Below, in pieces: positions 58,480 to 64,000 of a stretch of DNA of 64,000 bases (the stretch's first letter is position 1; each line of letters begins with the position of its first letter). The notes below the pieces were generated by a model. The model had not been told where the DNA came from and did not search any database. It worked only from the letters and a program-made list of their open reading frames with translations. The position numbers and the translations under genes were made by a program. The stretch is from Mytilus trossulus (taxonomy: Eukaryota): positions 19,902,001-19,966,000 of the forward strand of contig NC_086380.1 of the NCBI RefSeq assembly GCF_036588685.1. The letters are read 5' to 3'.

Positions 58480-61400
58480 TTACTGTTTCTTTGAATGTTC
58501 TTCCAATATTATCACTATAGATCTATGACCATTGTCCGATGCGATTTCCAGCGGAGATTTTCCATCAGTCCGTGTTATACCTATATTAGCACTTCTCTCT
58601 AACAATAAACAAACGATATCCTCATGTCCGACTTGACATGCATAGAATAACGGTGTTGTTCCATCAACTTTTGTAACATTCACATTTACATTGTGCTCCA
58701 GGAGGATTTGGACTACTTCTGTATGTCCCATTAAACTAGCCAGGTGTAGTGGGTATGAACCAGCAAACATATCAAAAACATAGTTTGGTAATGCATTTTT
58801 CACGAACTCTTTAGTAACTAATTATGAACCATACTTATTTGCTACTTTCAGCCAACTTTGTTGAACACTTTTAATAGTCTTTGGAGGATGTTTAGCAACA
58901 AAATCTGCTATTATCTGTTTGCTTTGAAGGCTTTTATTACAGTCAGCTTTTTTAGCTAATAAAACCTGTACAATATCTGAAAAACCATTACGGGTGACTG
59001 TCAAAAGCGGATTGTCACCATCGTACATTTGAGCATCTACGTCCGCGTTATGTTCAATTAATAAACGGACAACATCAGAATGGTTTTGCTGAGCGGCCAT
59101 TCTAAGAGGTGTTCCACCAGCATTCTTACTCAAATTGACGTCTGCTTTCTTGTTCAATAACATTCTAACGATGTTTGTGTGACCATCTTGCGCTGCCATG
59201 AAAAGCGGAGTAACGCCATTGGCTCTACTCACATTGACATTACCGTTGTTATCCAACAGCCATTCCACTATATCAGAATAACCACCACGACATGACTTTA
59301 TTAGAGGAGTATTGCCTGCTGCAAAGTCTTCTCTTTCATTATCCCTCTTATTGGTAAGATCGCAACGTTGAGTCTGGTCAAGTTGGTTAAGGTGAAGCAA
59401 CAATTGTTGCCTGAATGCAGGAATTTTCATGCTATCATTGTAAAAAACATTTGTGACTTTCCCATTTGACCAATCAGAAATCAGTCTTTTTAAATAAAAT
59501 GGGAGTTTTTGATCAGGAAGTGTTATTGTAAACTCGACATCATTCTTGTGATCCTCTATTGTTGGTTTCCACACGACACGTTCACTTAAGAAACCACTGT
59601 CTCCATGCTTTATGATTAAATGTATCATCTTGTGACCAAAGTAGTGAGCGAAGAAGTCAAATAACCTGTCATGCAAACTTCTATAAACATTATTCTCTTC
59701 AGAAATATAGCTACCAACTAAAGTGTCAATAGCACTTTTCAGCTTCATTTTAGATGTTCCTCTTTCCAGTAGACAAGCTTCAAAAGTGTCATCTAGGAGA
59801 TTTCTTTGTTCGTCAGTAATATCTCCAGAAAATAATTCTCCATCAAGTTTGTTATTATAGAGGACTATCATTACTAAGGAACAAATTTTCATCAATCCAG
59901 AACAATATAATATATCTAGTTCGTCTTTATACACTTCAAATGGACTTTTGAAAAACTTGTACACGTCCATTTTCGGCTTCATATGACATAAAGAACAGAG
60001 GAGCGGGAAAGATTGTTCTGACACTTCAGTTAAGTCCAATTCATTCATATGTTTTCCAAAATAAGATTCTGCCATCTTCGTTTTTTCTGATCTTGTTAGA
60101 CGTAATTCGTCGGATATCAAATTGCACACACAGGACTTGAATAATCGGGACAATACTCCAAACTGTCTGTCCTTAAAAACTTGTAACCGGCACGTTACAA
60201 TTATCTTACAACATTTATCTTCTAATATTGTTTTAATCACAGGTAACAACTGTTGCCACTTTTCAATCTGTTGTTGACTAGCAGTGAATTTCCCACAGAT
60301 ATCATCTACAACAAAAACTGTATTCCTACCAGGTTGATAGTAATTTATAATTTGTGTTGGCTCCATCACTGGTATAATTATGTACCCATTTTCCTGCAAA
60401 TTTAGCGCAACATGTCGGGAAATAAATGATTTCCCTACACCGGCACTGCCTGTTATGGTCACACAATTGTTGTCCTGTGCGCAGTTTCTGACATGTTCAC
60501 TGCCCCTTGTAGAAATAAATGATCTGTCCTTGAGTATCCATTCCTCAATCTGTAATCTCATTATCTCTGAAAAAAGAAAACATCGAACTTGACTTTTTTA
60601 GCATGGTCCTTACTGTTTTTGTTAAAACCTATGTTTTTGCATTATCCTTCCATGAGTTTGTGCAAGAAAACAAAACGGTACAGATAAAAAAAAAGAAGAT
60701 GTGGTATGATTGTCAATGAGACAACTGTCCACAAGAGACCAAAATGACACAAAAATTAACAACTACAGGTCATTGTACGGACTTCAACAATGAGCAAAGC
60801 CCAATCAACAAATTGATTAATAACCAGAATAAAAAAATTAAAAAAAATGGAAAAAATGAAGACTCATCTAAAGTAACTTTTTAAATAATGATAACAGATA
60901 CGTTGTTATGGCAAAGTTCTCTTCTTCATGTATGTCAAGTATAATTCAGGTATTTCACAAGTATACATACCATATAGATTAGATTGTATGTATTGGTAAA
61001 ATAGACAAAAATGGTCCTTTCAGTTGGAGTATTCAATAGAATAAACTTAATTACCTCGTATATTTGCAGGAATAACGTTTTGAAGTTCACGTTGTATCTT
61101 TGTTAAGTTCTTTTCTACTTTGGATATCATGTCTAATCCTAAATGAGAATAACAAAAATGATATAGTTTCCATATACATTCCCTTCTTCCAACAATTGCA
61201 ATTGTCTTTTTGCGGTTTTTACATTTTTTTTTAGATGCATACTGTTTAAAAGTGTTGTATGTTTTCATGTGACCTTAATTTGGTGAATAACAATATTGGA
61301 ATCGATTTTTTTTTAAAGTTTCACTGTTTATAATGGCATTTTTGTTTCTGGGGTGGATTTATAAATGGGTTATCCCATACGAGCGAATTTTTAGATTGAA

Positions 61401-62015
61401 TAATTATATCAAGGAAAATAAATGATCAAGGGACATAGATAATACATCCGGTTGCAAATAACGTTATAAAAATAATTAACTCAAGGACAGTCAAAATGAC
61501 ACAACCCAAACTCGTTTTTGATCTGAATTTTGTGGTATTACGCATGGTGTATAGGTTTCATAGTATTTAGTTGAGGCAGACAAAAGTAAGGGAGTGGAAA
61601 CTACAAATTTCAATTTGTAAAGGAGCATAACGCTTTAAATGTAAAACAGACGCCACCCAAATTCAAAATTGAGCTGTGTTTTGTTGATATAAACATTGTG
61701 TATATACGTTTCATAACATTTGATTGGAGAACAGCAACCAATTTCGGGACGTAGGAACGTACGGAAAGACTAGGTAGACGGACAAAGGTAAAACGTAATG
61801 CTCTCCTTGCTTCAGCTAGTGTATAAAAAAAACCTTTTCCAACGTCTTAACAGAAATGATCTCTTTGATACTATAATGAAAGATAAACTTTAACCCTACA
61901 TGAATTACAAGTTACTGAACTTAAAGAAGTTATACGAGTGAACAACACATACTAACAATATGGATATATTTACCTTGTGCCTTCTTCCTATGTCTTTCTC
62001 GCAATTGTATCATTC
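58480..62015 (-). CDS. STAND-type P-loop NTPase (nSTAND3-like) plus ankyrin-repeat protein, 5'-partial, with an in-frame TAA at 58822-58824 (null allele or pseudogene possible). Exons 61974-62015, 61055-61138, 58480-60566
   Basis: Walker A ITGSAGVGKS, Walker B VFVVDDICG, IIVTCR sensor strand, winged-helix-like LHDRLFDF segment, then ~7 ankyrin repeats (TPLFMAAQDGHTNIV, TPLRMAAQQNHSDVV, YPLHLASLMGHTEVV, TPLFYACQVGH). The two listed ORFs share a frame and are 18 nt apart. Upstream exons are phase 1-1, GT-AG. Confidence 0.85.
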
Positions 62016-62337
62016 CTGCAAACAAGTGAATGGATATTTAATCTACTAAAGTTCTTGTATCATACAATAAGGTGCATGTACAGAATTATTCTAATATGAT
62101 TTGACGACTACACAATATAACATTCTAAGGGGATGATTTCCTGCATTATCATTAGTAACTTATGTAGTGCACAATCGACAATTTGCACATGCAACAATAT
62201 AGTAGATTATTGTAGACACTAAAGCAGAACTATACACAGATAATTTTCACTCATGTGAAATTGACATGCATTTCACCTGAAACGAACCGATGCATGAAAA
62301 TAAACTCATCACAGAAACCAGGAGAAAATTTTGTATT

Positions 62338-62385
62338 TACGCCAGCCGCGCGTTTCGTCTACTAAAGACTCATCAGTGACGCTTC
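62338..62385 (-). ncRNA. Hammerhead copy with a mutated cleavage triplet (GUC to GGC) in a retrozyme fragment (~62300-62450)
   Basis: Minus strand: gcgtca-CTGATGA-gtct ttagt agac-GAAA-cgcgcg-GC-tggcgt. Confidence 0.7.
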
Positions 62386-63944
62386 AATCCAAAAAGGGTT
62401 AAAAACGCCAAATAAAGTACAAAGATGAAGAGCATTTACGATCAAAATTTCGAAAAGAACTCAAACAAACTAGTTCCATCTGAGTTTCTTATGCATCTAA
62501 TGAGAAACTCGCTTGAATTCACATGAAGTTTAAAAAAAAGAAATTACACCTAAATTTTCAAATTTCTTTAAAACATGAAAAATACTCATTCTAATGGTGT
62601 AATTTTCATGTGAAATTCACGTATGCTATTGTTTAAAGATGGATTATCCGGGTAATATTGACTTGAATTCCTTGTGAGATCATTTAAAATGTATATGAGA
62701 AAAGGACATTTAAAGATTCACAAAAACAGAGAAAAATGCAAAACACTGAACTTCAAGGAAACGAATGTTTCTTTGATACATATATGACGTGGCTCTGTAC
62801 TTATACATCCCGGCCTTGTGTTATTGTACAATGGTAAAGGAGAAGGTACGATAAGACCCCTTTTTGGACAACCTATTTTCTCATTTTTCAAATTCTGTTT
62901 TTGAAAGCTACTTATTGTGTTGAAATAATCCCTGATGTCTAAGTTGTTTGAATGAACTTTAAAACCACTAATTTATGCTACTGGATGAGGTGATGGGGGT
63001 AAACTTTCTATTATTATTTAAGTATCTTAATTATCATTCACTTTGCAGGTGTTCCGCAGAACGGTTTGTTAAGTTTATAAGTGCATGTGTCAACGTGACC
63101 CAGGATCTTTTTTTATTCCTATGTCATTAGCTCTGTTTTTTGCTGTCTAAATCGCCATTATTTTCTCCGGCTCACGTAGGCGCACCCTATTAAATTTTAA
63201 GAAACAATGACCAAAAATTGTAATTTTCCCTTTTTTTTGGCTTTTTATGCCTTTTTACCCCCTCACCTCACCCATTTTCTGAAATTAATGAATTTGAAGT
63301 TCATACAAACAAACTTCAAACCTAAGGGAATATTTAAACATAAACATAATAAGTAGCTTTTTTGAAAAATGAGAAAATAGTGGCACCAAACATATAAAAA
63401 AATTGGCCATATCGTATCTTGTCTTGTCTTGAATTTTTGCTAATATGCTTTGTCTCTATGTCTTTTAATGTTTCTTTGTTCAATTTATTTGTTTTTATAG
63501 TAATTAAGATGATAACACAATGCTGACTGTTGTGTCCCTATTTTTGACATGTTTTAGCTATTATTTCTGTTTGTTATGTTCACACATCGTTGTCAATATA
63601 AGGTGATTTGATGCGATTGTAACACAACTAAGAAGTTTAGCTTGTTCTATAGCCAGGTTTAATCCACAATTTACTACATAAGAACATGCAAGTACCATGT
63701 CAGGAATGCGACAGTAGTTATCCATTCTTTTGGAGTGTTCGAGCCATTTTTGAATTTTCATCGGGGTTCAATAATTTTGTGATTTTTTTTTTTTCAAATC
63801 GGATAGTCCCTTATCGAACGGCAAAATCAAGGGACAGACGATATCATACCAAAAAGAAAATGTATGAATACAAATAAAATGACACAAAGCTTTTCGCTCT
63901 TCAACTTTGTACTTTATTTTGACCTCCGCTATATTGTTTTTAAT

Positions 63945-63995
63945 CGAGCGTCACTGATGAGTCTTTCGTTGACGAAATATGCATCTGGCGTACAA
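63945..63995 (+). ncRNA. Type I hammerhead ribozyme in a retrozyme fragment at the window end
   Basis: gcgtca-CTGATGA-gtc tttcgtt gac-GAAA-t atgc a-TC^tggcgt. Predicted cleavage after 63985. Confidence 0.75.
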
Positions 63996-64000
63996 AACGA

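Overview
AT-rich, intron-containing animal genomic DNA, most likely a mytilid mussel. This is inferred from the repeat families, the hammerhead retrozyme and the STAND-ankyrin gene, not from a database search. Left to right: (1) INO80E on the minus strand (6 exons visible, running off the left edge), head-to-head with RPL6 on the plus strand across a promoter of under 100 bp. INO80E intron 1 holds a Helentron-type element carrying two nested insertions, a TIR element and a 5'-truncated RTE LINE. (2) A complete 12-exon CYP4-family P450 on the minus strand (503 aa). Its K-helix exon is tandemly duplicated and can only be spliced in a mutually exclusive way, and its exon-2 splice donor is followed by an array of about 10 copies of itself. 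(3) A segmental duplication with two intronless DUF229 genes (the second lesioned) and ankyrin gene fragments. (4) An NLR-like STAND NTPase-ankyrin gene with one in-frame stop. (5) A hammerhead-ribozyme retrozyme with a 356-nt unit, two canonical type I hammerheads and an antisense hammerhead-like motif, plus four scattered copies. Many MITEs with readable target-site duplications (TSDs) and a probable P-element excision footprint are also present. All exon models were derived by hand from GT-AG boundaries and reading-frame continuity.
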